DNA from: Octopus sinensis
Lineage: Eukaryota
Direction of reading: 5' to 3'
DNA length: 64,000 bases
Assembly (NCBI RefSeq): GCF_006345805.1
Contig: NC_043012.1
Location: 57,288,001-57,352,000 of the forward strand
Part shown: positions 25,255-38,660 of the stretch, one piece after another
Layout: each line of letters begins with the position of its first letter
Position numbering within the stretch: the stretch's first letter is position 1
Translations under genes and position numbers: made by a program
The notes under the pieces: generated by a model
The model's input: only the letters and a program-made list of their open reading frames with translations
What the model was told of the DNA's origin: nothing
Database searches by the model: none

Positions 25255-25420
25255 AATAATTATATGACAACAAAAGAATGAATGAGACCTCAACATTATG
25301 TAAAATAGAGGAATTTATCTATAAATATAATATGTGGCAAATTAGTTGGTTGTCAAAATAAAACTCAGAGTTTCAGATGCCGGGACTGAAGTTTGCTCTG
25401 CCATCTCATCAGTTATTAAG
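25255..25420 (-). mobile_element. Short Penelope-type repeat family E (other copies at 32573-32745 + and 1-55 +)
   Basis: Shared catctgaaactc.gagtttta...tttacataatattgaggtctc.ttc.ttcttttgtt sequence. Confidence 0.75.
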
Positions 25421-25426
25421 ACAAAC

Positions 25427-25603
25427 GAGCTGGCAGAAACGTTAGCACACCGGGCGAATATACGTAGCAGTATTTCGTCTGCCGTTACGTTCTGAGTTCA
25501 AATTCCGCCGAGTTACGCACTGGGTCGATATAATCGACTTAATCCGTTTGTCTGTCCTTGTTTGTCCTCTCTGTGTTTAGCCCCTTGTGGGTAGTAAAGA
25601 AAT
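25427..25603 (+). mobile_element. Young SINE family B insertion with a 16-bp TSD
   Basis: agttattaagacaaac occurs at 25411-25426 and 25604-25619. Confidence 0.95.
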
Positions 25604-26250
25604 AGTTATTAAGACAAACCTTCTACTATATGTATGCCTTAATAACTGATGAGATGCTGGAGCAGACTTCAGCCCTGGCATCTCATTTTGCAACCATGTG
25701 ATTTTGGTTTAAGTCGCACTGCATGGCACCTTGGGCAGGTGTCTTTTACTATTGTCTTGGGCTGACCATGCCTTGTGAATAAATTTGGTAGATGGGAAAC
25801 TATGAGGAAACTAGTCAAATGTGCATATGTTCTTAAAATGTAAAAATGTGTCAAAACAATTGCAGTGATTTTAAATGAAGAATATATTAACTCTACAGAT
25901 ACAATGGAATTCCTGATCTATATCCAGTAGCATGAGCATTTCCACTGTATGATGATGACATGAGGTAACCAATAGCTGTGGATGAGCTTTGCATGGCATT
26001 CTACAAGGTTTTTACCTCAACGTTATTCAACTGCTTGTGTGAGTGCATGCATGCGTGTGTGTGTGTGTGTGTGTGTATGTTGGCAACAGAAACATCATTC
26101 AAGAGTTGAAAATCTGCCCCAGTAAGACTCACCTAACCCATGCTTGCATGGTAAAATGGATGTAAAAAAAAATGAATGGAAAAACGACATGATAAACAAT
26201 GCAAGCAGACATACACGCTGAGAAATATATAAACATATATACCACACACA

Positions 26251-26294
<44 letters not shown>

Positions 26295-26457
26295 CATATA
26301 CATATGTATAAACACATATCTAAGAAGCATGCATGTAAATAAAAACATAATTATATACGCACTCAAATATGTGATTGTGTACATGTACAAATAGCTGATG
26401 GGTCTGTGTGTCTATATAATATGTATGTCTCTGTGTGGTGTATAGTACATATATATG

Positions 26458-26489
<32 letters not shown>

Positions 26490-27012
26490 TAATATATATA
26501 TATTGTGGTGTGTGTGTGTGTGTGTGGTGTGTGTGTGTGTGTGTGTGTGTGTGTATTTGTATATGTATGCATATGTGTATATATATATGTATATGTATAT
26601 ATATATTATATACATATACATATGCACATACACACACAATCATACATATATACACAAACACATGCAACGCATATACATACACACACACCCACTCACATAA
26701 GGATGTGCCTCATGTCAAGATGTCAGCAATGACATATGAGTGTGTTCAGTGAACTTGAAACTACAATTTAAGATCTTGTATGCTTATTGTGTGTGTGTGT
26801 GTGTGTGCATGCATGCGTGTTTTTGTGGATGTGTGTATGTGTGTGTATATATATATATATATACTTATATACTTATATACAGACATACGCACGCATGCAC
26901 ACACTCACACGCAAACACACACACACACATATATATGTATATGTGTGCATACATAAATACATGTGTGTATATATATGTATGTGTGTGTATGTATATATAT
27001 GTGAAATGTGAG

Positions 27013-27092
<80 letters not shown>

Positions 27093-27598
27093 CAACACAC
27101 ATACATATGTATGTAAGCACAATGAATGGAATAGAGAAAGCGAGAGAGTAAGGATAGAGACAGGTAGGAGAGGACAAAGAAAAAAAATCAGAGAAAGAGT
27201 GAGTGAGTGGGAGAGAGAGAGAGAGAGAGGGAGAGAGAGAGAGAGGAAAGGATTTGTGAGGAGAGTGTATGAAGGAGAAAAGGATGAAGTGGGGAGGGTG
27301 GAAAGAGATGAAATATGAGAAATATGCCATGTGGTGGCAGCGATGTGACATCAAGCATGCAGTAGACCAGAGCACATGAAGTTGGTGCTTACGCTCAGAT
27401 TTGGAATATAAGAGAATGGGGGAAAAGAATTGGATGGTGGGACATTTCTATTCATACGAATGTTGGGGTGACTAGATGTGTGTGTGTGCGTGTGTGTTTA
27501 TGTGGTGATATGGTTGTGTTTATGCATTATATATGAAAAATGTCTATTAGAATATGCATCTACACATATATTTAAATATATATATATATCACTAACAC

Positions 27599-27633
<35 letters not shown>

Positions 27634-27659
27634 ATATAACATAATTATATATCTATATA

Positions 27660-27705
<46 letters not shown>

Positions 27706-27707
27706 AT

Positions 27708-27739
<32 letters not shown>

Positions 27740-28019
27740 ATATTTATATATGTTTTAAAGAATATACTACATGTGTGTACACACACACAGATATACATAC
27801 ATACATGAACACATACACACACACACACACACATATACATACATACATGCTAATATCGAACAGTGAGAATGAACGCACGTTTTGTGCGTGTGTATGCATA
27901 TGCGCATGCACATAAGTGCATACACATATTAGACACAGACATCTATGTATGTTAATGTCTGTACTTATATGTATGAATGTATCTACATATATGTATTTCA
28001 TACACACACACAGACACAC

Positions 28020-28164
28020 ACATGGATAGACAGACAGATATATATAATATATATATATATAGATTGATAGACAGACAGACAGACAGACAGACAGAAAGAC
28101 AGATAGACAGATAGATAGACAGATAGACAGTTAGAGGTAGACAGATAGATGGATAGACAGATAC

Positions 28165-28217
<53 letters not shown>

Positions 28218-28302
28218 GATAGATAGATATGTGTAAGACATGAGTGTAAGTATATGCATATGTGTCTTTTGAAAATTAACAACAACCACAACAACAATAA
28301 TG

Positions 28303-28367
<65 letters not shown>
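28020..28367. repeat. (GACA)n/(GATA)n then (AAT)n microsatellites
   Basis: Directly visible. Confidence 0.95.
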
Positions 28368-28369
28368 CC

Positions 28370-28590
28370 TTGCTACTATAAGCACTAGACCTGAAATTTT
28401 GGGGAAGGGGGCAAGTCGATTACACTGACCCACCCCCGAACTTGACAGGTACTTATTTCATCGACCCTAAAAGAATGAAAGGCAAAGTCGACCCCAGCAG
28501 AATTTAAACTCGGAATGCAAAGTCCGATGAAATGCTGCTAAGCATTTTTCCCTCCGGCATGCTAATGATCCTGCCAGCTTGTCGCCTTTG
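28370..28590 (-). mobile_element. SINE family B copy
   Basis: Reverse core gaatgaaaggcaaagtcgacc and head. Confidence 0.85.
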
Positions 28591-28737
28591 TAATAATGAT
28601 GATGATGATGATCCACATGCTCCTAAAAAGATCCACTTGATGGATCAACTTCATATTACTGAAGAGTTAATATTCTTTTTTATCATCTCAATTTACCTAT
28701 ACACATGCATACATATTTATGTATGTGTGCATGTGTA

Positions 28738-28781
<44 letters not shown>

Positions 28782-28834
28782 CACACATACATACGTGTGC
28801 GTGTATATATATTACGTATGTATATATAATTTAT

Positions 28835-28873
<39 letters not shown>

Positions 28874-28956
28874 TATTATACGTAGTATATATACATATAT
28901 ATATATAGTATGCATGTGTGTGTGTATATATATATATATGCAGTGTGAGTGATATA

Positions 28957-29025
<69 letters not shown>

Positions 29026-29040
29026 GCATGTGTGTGTATG

Positions 29041-29099
<59 letters not shown>

Positions 29100-29449
29100 C
29101 CAGATGCATATTACAAATACAACAACAACAAGACTGACTCTAACAACAATAACAATGTCGGCCCTATTTTGTTTTTCATTAGGATGTCGGGAATAATACT
29201 GTAAACAGCTCGTCAAGAGATTGAGAGACATATTGGGAGAGAGCCAGGAAGAATGAAGAATGGAGTCACAGAAAAACTGTCATAGTTTTTATTCTGTAAG
29301 AAGAATCTCCATTTTTATTTCTTTGTCCTCAAGAATCGAGGAGATTTCTCTCCTAAATCTCAAGACAGGAATGGATATGTTGACAATGATCACTGCATAA
29401 GTTTGTGGCAATGATGGCGACGACAAGAACGGTGACAGTGATGGTGATG

Positions 29450-30240
29450 ATGAAGGAGAGGAGGAGGATAAAAGGATCGAGGGAGAAGAGAAGAAGGGAA
29501 TGGAGAATGAGAAGCAGAAGAGGAAGAATCAGGAGGAGGAGGAGGAGGAGGAAGACCAAGGAAAATTAGGAGAAAGAAATGAAAAATGGGAAGCATAAGG
29601 AGGAGGAGAAAAATGGAGGAAGAGTAGGAGAAGGGAATGAAGAAGGAGCAGCACATGAAATTTAGAGGAAGAAAATTCAGGAGGAAGAGGAAGAAGAAGA
29701 GAAAAAGGAGGAGGAGGAAAAGAAGAAAGAGAAGAGAAGAAAAGTGAGATGAAGGAGGGGAGGAGGGGAAGAGGAAGAAGAGGAGGAGAAGGAAGGAAAA
29801 AAGGGAGAGGAGAAAAATGAGATGAAAAAGAAGAAACAGAAGAGAAGAAAAATGAGATGAAGGAGGGGAGGAAGAGAAGAGGAAGGGAAGAGGAAGGAGA
29901 GGAGAAGAGAGGAAGAAAGAGACAGTAGAGAAGGAGAAAAATGAGATAAAATAGAAAAAACAGAAGAAAGATGAGATGAAGGAGGAGATGCAGAGGAAGA
30001 AGAGAGGAAGAGAAGGAGGAGAAATAGGTGGAGAAGAAGAAGGAGAAAAACGAGATGAAAAAGTAAGGGAGGTGACAGAGGATGAGAAGAAAAAGAAGAA
30101 AAATATAAAGGGAAGTAAAGGAATTGTAATAAATTATCAAAAAAGAAGAAATTGAAGTAAGGCAAACAAGAAGAAAAATAGGAAGAAGAATGAAAGAAAA
30201 AGAATGAAACAAGAACTACAAGATGTTAAGGAAAAAGAAA
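29450..30240. repeat. ~800-bp polypurine (GAA/GAG/AAG) low-complexity tract with a recurring aaaatgagatgaa unit
   Basis: The + strand is almost free of pyrimidines. Confidence 0.9.
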
Positions 30241-30559
30241 AACATGAAATGCTGATGTTTAGGGTGTAACTTGGCGCAGTTTCAGAGAACTCTCAAGAAA
30301 AATAACAAAATGGTAAAGTGAAACCTTAGAATTACATTATTAAAGTATAATAGAAGAGAAATTTAAAACTCTCATAACTAGAATTAGAATTTTTGGCAAA
30401 TAAACACATAAATTTTATTGAATTTAAGCCTCTCCAGTCCTGTGAGTCAACACTTTGGGAAAACATGTGACACTGTGTGAAATATGGAGTATGTACAGAG
30501 TTTTAGTGCAATTTGGGGGTTCTTGTCAAAGGAATATTGTTATTTATTAACGTGGTATG

Positions 30560-30878
30560 CTAACTGGCAATCTGTCGGTTATGACGACGAGGGTTCCAGT
30601 TGAACTGATCAATGGAATAGCCAGCTCGTGAAATTAACATCCAGGGTGGCTGAGCACTCCACAGACATGTGTATCCTTAAGGTAGTTCTCAGGGAGATTC
30701 AGTGTGACAAGGCTGGACCTTTGAAATACAGGTACTACTCATTTTTGCCAGCTAAGTGAACTGGAGCAATGTGAAATAAAGAGTCTTGCTCAAAGACACA
30801 CGTTACCAGGGATTGAACTCATGATCTTACGATTGTGAGCCGAGTACCCTAACCACTAAGCCACGTGCCTTCACACAT
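30560..30878 (-). mobile_element. SINE family D
   Basis: Reverse tRNA head (gtggcttagtggttagggtactcggctcac..gagttcaatccc) and D core. Confidence 0.85.
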
Positions 30879-30961
30879 GATATGATAAATTAATGAGTTA
30901 ATGAGGGAGATTTAATTTGCATAGTTTGATCTGTTAGAAATAGCAGCTAAATATCTTTTAT

Positions 30962-31338
30962 CTGTTACTTGTTTTCGGTCATTGGACTGCAGTCACTCTG
31001 GGAGACCCCTTTGAAGGGTTTTAGCTGAACAAATTGACCCCCAGGACTTTTTAAAGGTGTGATACGTCTTCTATCAAGTTGTCTTGCTGAACAACTAAGT
31101 TTTGGGATGTAAACAAACCAACACCAGCTTTTGAGTGCTTGGTTGTTGGGGACAAACACAAAGATACACACACACACAGAGTGGGCTTCTATATGATTTC
31201 TGTCTACAGAATTCAATCACCACACATTGGTCAACCCAGAGCTATAGAAGCCCACTCAAAGTGCCATGCAGAGGAGTTATGACCCCTTCTTCAGGACCTT
31301 ATGGTTACAAATTAAGGTTCTGACCACACAGCCAGGCC
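30962..31338 (-). mobile_element. SINE family A (diverged)
   Basis: Reverse copy. Confidence 0.8.
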
Positions 31339-31705
31339 TTAATCTACACAGCCATATACCACAGACTACGCCTTACAGTCTTTTAAAAGAAAGAAATAGA
31401 TTGTAATATTCTAATAATGTGATCTTAGAAATAGTACTGTGTCGAAACAAGGAAAAAAACTAGTTGGTCTCAAGTACAATACCTTTTTGATTGAAATATC
31501 AGTGTAATCAGAGCTGACCCGGGGTTAAACAACAGCAGCATCATCATCACCACCAACCACCAACCACTACCACCACCATAGCCACTACTGAATTGATATA
31601 TACATTTTCAGCTCTTTACATTCTCATCAGTATCAGATACCAAGTAGGACAACTCTGAAAAGACTGGAAGCTTTGGTTTCTCCATGAGAAATCAATACAA
31701 AGCAT

Positions 31706-31869
31706 AGGCGCAGGAGTGGCTGTGTGGTAAGTAGCTTGATTACCAACAACATGGTTCTGGGTTCAGTCCTACTGTGTGGCACCTTGGCCAAGTGCCTTCT
31801 ACTATAGCCTTGGGCCGATCAAAGCCTTGTGTGTGGATTTGGTAGACAGAAACTGAAAGAAGCCTGTCG

Positions 31870-31906
<37 letters not shown>

Positions 31907-32101
31907 GTTATATGTTTGTGTGTCTGTGTTTGTACCCCACTATCGCTTGACAACTGATGTTGGTGTGTTTATGTCCCTGTAACTTAGTGGTTCGGCAAAA
32001 GAGACAGATAGAATAAGTCCTAGGGTTGATTTGTTCAATTAAAGGTGGTGCCCCAGCATGGCTGCAGTCAACAGACTGAAGCAATGAAAGAATAAAAGAA
32101 T
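31706..32101 (+). mobile_element. SINE family A
   Basis: Matches the reference copy. Confidence 0.9.
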
Positions 32102-32224
32102 ACATATAATACATATATATATATATCAAACTGTTTTAAATAATATACGTAACTCCTATATGCGTTGAGTGCTTCTTTTTTCTGTTTGACCACTCGCCCA
32201 TATATATATAATATATATACTACA

Positions 32225-32375
32225 CTCTCGGAGCGTTAGGAAGGGCATCCAGCTGTAGAAACACTGCCAGATGACTGGATGGTGCAGCTTTCGGGCTCCC
32301 CAGACCCCAGTTGACCGTCCAACCCATGCTAGCATGGAAAGCGGACGTTAATTGATGATGATGATGATGATGATA
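32225..32375 (+). mobile_element. SINE family C 3' portion
   Basis: ttaggaagggcatccagctgtagaaac...aacccatgctagcatggaaagcggacgtt(gat)n. Confidence 0.85.
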
Positions 32376-32473
32376 TATATATATATATACATATATATGC
32401 ATGTTTGTATATACATATATATATATATGCATATGTATGCTTGTGTATGTATATATATATATGCAGTGTGTAT

Positions 32474-32550
<77 letters not shown>

Positions 32551-33777
32551 TAAGTATGCTTGTGTATGGCCAGATAGCCGAAGAGATGGTGTTGTGGATT
32601 TCCACTTCGGCATCTGAAACTCAGAGTTTTATCTTGACTATTGAGTAATTGTAACATATTATTTTATAGATAAATTTCCTCTATTTACATAATATTGAGG
32701 TCTCTTTCTTTCTTTTGTTATCTTACCGTTTTTTACCAATATAATATATATAATATATATATTATATATATATATATATAATATATATATAATATAAGCT
32801 GTGTGTATCCTGAATTTTAGAGAAGGAGTAACATACTGCCTCATGCTATAAAAAGAAGTTTGTGTGAGGAAGATTTTACAACCATACGGTACTGTCTTGG
32901 GGAGCCCCATCCAGCCCATGGCAGCATGGAGGGGGCCAACGTAAAATGACAATGCTCCTGCTGCTGATTTTGACGATAATTATGTTGTCGATGGTGATGA
33001 TGATGATGGTGAAAATGATGTGTTATGGGGAAAAAGCTTTTCTCTTTTAAATGTTTTGTATTTAAAAACATGACTGCGTTCTAGTTTCATCATTTCCATT
33101 AAGTTTCTGAGTATTTTCTTTTTTCTTTCATATTCCCCAATGAATTCTTTACAGATTGTTTGTAACAGTTTGTTAAAAAATAAAAATAAAAATAAAAATA
33201 AAAATAAAAATATATAAATAAAATAATAATAATAAAAAAAAAACCCCCCAATAAATAACAAAACTTTCAAAAAATATCTCTGAAATAGTCGTAGGGAAAT
33301 ATGAAGAAACATTAGCAAAAATGCTAGAAATAGGACACATTTGTGTTTTCTATATAACACACACCGATAAACAGACACCACACACACACACACAAACACA
33401 CACACACAAACAAACACACACACACACACACAAACACACATAACACATGCAAAATACACATACATATGCATGTGTATTACCATATTTTAAAAGTCTCTGT
33501 ACAAAATATGTTAAGACAATCTTGGCTGTTTGTTTTCATATGTATGATGTCCCTGAGCAATTTCTCTCATGCATTGTGTTCCCTAAAATATATGCCCATC
33601 CTATGGACTATCATTCTTGTGCAATATTGTCCATAAACTTAGTGGTTATCTCACCGCTTCTTCATAAGTAGAGTGAAATCTATATATCACTGAGGAGATC
33701 TAATAAGACTGAAACATGACCAGAGTTGTCACCCATACTTTCTAGAATAATCAAAAAAGAATACTAGTCATAAACTG

Positions 33778-34052
33778 TAGGTGTGGCTGTGCGGTAAGCA
33801 AGTTTGCTTCAAAACCACATAGTTCTGTGTTCAATCCCACTGTGTAACACCTTGGGCAAATGTCTTCTACTATAGCCTCAGCCCCACCAAAGCCTTGTGA
33901 GTTGATTTGGTAGAGAGGAACTGAAACAAGCATGTTGTATATACATATACATATATCTATGTGTGTGTGTAACTTTGTGTCTGTATTTGTTCCTTACCAT
34001 TATTTGACAACCGGTGCTGGTATGTCAGTGTTCCTATAATGCAGTGGTTCAG
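33778..34052 (+). mobile_element. SINE family A (diverged, 3'-truncated)
   Basis: Head and middle match the reference copy. Confidence 0.8.
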
Positions 34053-34389
34053 CTAAGCCCATTGTGTATGTGTGTGTGCGTGTATGTGTGTGTGTGTGTG
34101 TGTGTGTGCATGTTTCTGTGTGTATGTCACTGTCACCTTGCTCCTAACATCACATCATAGCTGTAAGCAAGTGCCACTGACAAACAAATGGTGTTTTCCA
34201 GTTCCAACCTTCCAAGACATGTCTGATCATGGTGAAATATGACCCTATTCGGAATCAGGCAAGGGCTGGTGACAGGAAGGGCACCCAACCATAGTAAGTC
34301 CACTTCAACAAATTCTGTCTGATCCATGCAAACATGGAAAAGCGGACATTACGATGACAATGATGAAGATGATGATGATAATGATAATG

Positions 34390-35130
34390 AAGGTGGTGAC
34401 TTGGCAGAATCATTAGCATGCCGGGTGAAAGGCTTAGCAGTATTTTGTCTGTCGGTACATTCTGAGTTCAAATTCCGCCAAGGTCGACTTTGCCTTTCGT
34501 CCATTTGGGGTCGATTAAATAAGTACCAGTTATGCACTGGGGTCGATATAATCGACTTAATCCGTTTGTCTGTCCTTGTTTGTCCTCTCTGTGTTTAGCC
34601 CCTTGTGGGTAGTAAAGAAATAGGTATTTCGTCTGCCGTTATGTTCTGAGTTCAAATTCTGCCAAGGTCAACTTTGCCTTTCATCCTTTTGGGCTTGATT
34701 AAATAAGTACCAGTTATGCACTGGGGTCGATATAATCGACTTAATCTGTTTGTCCTCTCTGTGTTTAGCCCCTTGTGGGTAGTAAAGAAATAGGTATTTT
34801 ATCTGCTGTAACGTTCTGAGTTCAATTCCACCGAGGTCGATTAAATAAGTACCAGTTACACACTGGAGTCGATATAATCGACTTAATCAGTTTGTCTGTC
34901 CTTGTTTGTCCTCCTCTGTGTGTAGTCCCTTGTGGGCAGTAAAGAAATAAGAATCGTTAGCATGCTGGACAAAATGCTTGCAGTATTCCATCCATCACCA
35001 CATTCTGAGTTCAAATTCCACCAAGGTCAACTTTACCTTTTATACTTTAGGGGCCGATAAATTAAGTACCAGTTACGTACTGGGGTCGATGTAATCGACT
35101 AGTCTCCCTCCCCCAAATTTCAAGCCTTGT
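34390..35130 (+). mobile_element. Tandem/nested array of four SINE family B units
   Basis: Three units end in ccccttgtgggtagtaaagaaata; the fourth carries a different, older-type tail. Confidence 0.9.
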
Positions 35131-35974
35131 GCCTATATTAGAAAGGATAATGATAAACTAATACAGTTTTCCTTTTTCCTGATCAAGCAATTATTTCTGA
35201 CTGGCTTTTTAACACTCAAGGCATTAAATATGTTAACACAATGCTGTGATTTGATATTTAAACTAACAGTAAAGCATTATTCAAAAACTAGAAATTTATA
35301 CATAAACAATAAAACTGGAAAATGTAGAATTGTGTAAACATTTTCAAAACACCCAGAGGCTATTAATGACCATTGTTGAGGCTGTAATTTCAACCATTCA
35401 AATGGCTGAAGGGTGAATTTCGCTTTTTATAAGATGCTCGTTAATAATCACAGGTGACATTTCTAGATGGTTTTGTTTATATTGCAGATTGTTAAGCGAA
35501 ATAACATGCACAGACTGAAATGATAATATTGTGGAATGTGCTTGCGTGTATATGTGTGTATGAGTGTTATGTGTGTGTGAGTGTGTGTGTGTGTGAGTGT
35601 GTGTGTGTGTGTCTAGTGAAATGAGAAGTTAGTGTGCACTCTACATGCAGTGCAGATAGTTACTTAAGCATGAAACTTAAGTAGTATGTTTATTTATCTA
35701 AAGTGCTGTATAAAAATCATATATTATTGCAAGTGTACATAAATAAATATGTATGTTTGCGTACAAACACATATGCATGCTTCTGTGTGTGTGTGAATGT
35801 GTGTGCATACGTGTGCGTTTGCATCTATATACATATATACATATTTAGGCATATAAATATATATATATATTATATATATATATATATAAATCTTTATATA
35901 ATTATATATATATATATACATACATACACATTTATATATATATACATACATACACATTTATGTTCATATACACA

Positions 35975-36010
<36 letters not shown>

Positions 36011-36504
36011 CATATATAATGCATGTCTATTTTCATACAAACACATGAATATGTATGCATCTACCCTCTTTCTATCTGTCTCTCTCTATAAGCACACACA
36101 CACACACATATACACAAATTTTTACTTTTACAAATAAGGACAAATGACAGCTCACTTCACGGAATCTTTCAGAGGAGAACAAAATAAATGGCTAGATTGG
36201 ACTGTGTTGATATTCCTCCTGTTGTCCTCACCAGAAAGATCCGATCATGTGAACAATGACAAACATCATTGCATATTAATTCTTTAGCATTTCTGAACAA
36301 AATAACGCCAATAAGAAAATAAAATGCAGTTTAACTTCTTCCTAAAATATTTCAAAATGCATAAACATTTGTAACTTAAATATAAAAAGTCACAGACATT
36401 AGTCATAAAAGTACAATTCTAAGTTTATATTATGCATATTGTTTATGTTAGTTGGACTCGTGACCAATAAAGATTCGGATACCAATCTGACTAATATAAA
36501 CAGT

Positions 36505-36670
36505 AGGCACAGGAGTGACTGTAGTAAATAACTTACTTACCAGCCACATTGTTCTGAGTTCAGTCCCACAGTGTGGCACCTTGGGTAAGTGTCTTCTACT
36601 ATAGCCTTGGGCTGACCAAAGCCTTGTGTGTGGATTTGGTAGATGGAAACTGAAAGTAACCTGCCATATA
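36505..36670 (+). mobile_element. SINE family A, 5' half
   Basis: Head matches the reference copy. Confidence 0.85.
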
Positions 36671-36689
36671 TACATATATGTATCATCAT

Positions 36690-36890
36690 CATTATCATCA
36701 TCACCATCATCGTCGTCATCGTTTAACGTCCACTTTCCATGTTGGCATGGCTTGGATGGTTTGACGGAGGGCTGGAGAGCCAGAAGGCTGCACCGGGCTT
36801 CATTCTGATCTGGCAAAGTTTCTACAGCTGGATGCCCTTCCTAATGCCAACCACTCCGAGAGTGTAGTGGGTGCTTTTTACATGCCACAG
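36690..36890 (-). mobile_element. SINE family C
   Basis: (ATC)n gtttaacgtccactttccatg...ctggatgcccttcctaatgcc. Confidence 0.85.
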
Positions 36891-37704
36891 AATTGAAAGA
36901 AGATGCTAATGAAATTAATAATAATAGTTATAATGGTAATAATGATAATAATAATAATAATATAATAATAATAATAATAGTAATAATAATAATAATAAAA
37001 ATAATAATAATAACAATAATAATAATTTAATGCCCTGATGCAGTACCAGGCAGTGGCTCTCATGGCTTCTGATCTTAACTGATTGAAAGTGTTATCATGT
37101 ACATGTTTTGTCTTGGTGTAAAAGATGGGCTACAGCAAATATTGAACGGGATGGGCTACTTGACCTGAAGGACATTCTAAATGGGCCCCACCTGCAAGGT
37201 CATGCGCCGTTTATCTTGAGATGAGATCACCATGTCGCATACATATGTTTGTGATGCATGTGCCCGGTGTACCCTTTGAATTTGAACTCCGTATACAAAA
37301 ACCAGAGGAAATGCAGAAACGCATCTTGTCCAGCGCACTACCAATTGTGCAGCGCATTGCCTTGGTATAAATATTAATAACATTTGTTTCAATTTTTGGC
37401 ATAAAACCAGACAATTTGGGGGAGGGGAGGAAGCAAAATACATAAATACCAACCCTCATCTCTTTGACCTCAAAAAGATGAAAGGCAAAGTTAACTTTGG
37501 TAGAATTTGAACTGAGAATGTAAAGCTAGAGGCAATACAGCTGGATATTTTGTACAGCATGTTAATGATTGTGCCAGCTCACTGCTTTGGTATAAATATT
37601 AATATTTGGAATATTGGTTTCAAATTTTGGCATAAGGCCAGTAATTTTGAGGGAAGGGAATAATTGGACTACATCAATCCCAATGCTCAACTGGTATTCA
37701 TTTT

Positions 37705-37853
37705 CATTATTTACATTATTTACATTCGATGGATGAATATTTGTCCTCATCTTGTTTGTTGTTAACACATTTCGGCTGATATACCCTCCAGCTTTCTTCA
37801 GGTGTCTTGGGGAAATTTAGAACCTGGGTTCTCATTCTTAAGGTATTTTTCGA

Positions 37854-37933
<80 letters not shown>

Positions 37934-38054
37934 TCACTGCCTGGAATCGAACTCATAAACTTGTGGTTATTAGCCTGCGCTCTTAACCCCAAGATTCCGA
38001 GTTTGATTCCAAGCAGTGACCTGAACAATAACGATGACGATGACGATGATGATG

Positions 38055-38091
<37 letters not shown>

Positions 38092-38248
38092 GTAATAATA
38101 ACATCAAAAAATACCTTAGGAATGAGAACCCAGGTTTGAAATTTCCCTAAGACACCTGAAGAAGGCTGGAGGGTATATCAGGCGAAACGTGTTAACAACA
38201 AACAAGATGAGGACAAATATCCATCAAATGTAAATAATGTAAATAATG
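37705..38248. repeat. Head-to-head inverted pair of a tRNA-head/(AAT)n/Penelope-tail SINE: 250-bp arms, 44-nt spacer
   Basis: Arm 37705-37954 is approximately the reverse complement of arm 37999-38248. A third, diverged copy lies at about 21370-21600 (-). Confidence 0.9.
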
Positions 38249-38279
38249 TACACAATTCCTCATCTCTTAAGTATAGAAC

Positions 38280-38660
38280 TGAGGTATTTATGTTATTGAC
38301 TCCAAAAGGATGAAGGTCAAAATTTGATTTCGGCAGAATTTGAACTCAGAAAGTAAAGATTGGTGAAATGCAGCTAAGTATTTTGCCTGACACGCTAACA
38401 ATTCTGCGAGCTTGCCACCTTATTAACATTAGTAATTTTGCTTTCGAATTTAGGCACAAGGCCAGCAATTTTGGGGGAACAGGCAAGTCGATTACATTGA
38501 CATTGATCCCAGTACTCAATTGGTACCCTTTTCATCAACTCTGAAAGGATGAAAGACAAAGTCGATTTTGGTTGAATTTAACTCAGAGCATAAAAGGCAG
38601 ATGCAATGATTGCTAAGCATTTTACCTGGTGTGCTAATGATTCTGCCAGCTCGCTGCCTC
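38280..38660 (-). mobile_element. Two SINE family B copies
   Basis: Reverse cores and heads. Confidence 0.8.

Noticed and set aside
26697-26753. 57-nt minus-strand exon candidate with a GTGAGT donor
   Set aside because: Stops in all three frames; the donor is formed at a (TG)n edge.
29353-30212. Long F/S/L/P-rich minus-strand ORFs (up to 227 aa)
   Set aside because: They result from the polypurine tract and are open in several frames at once.
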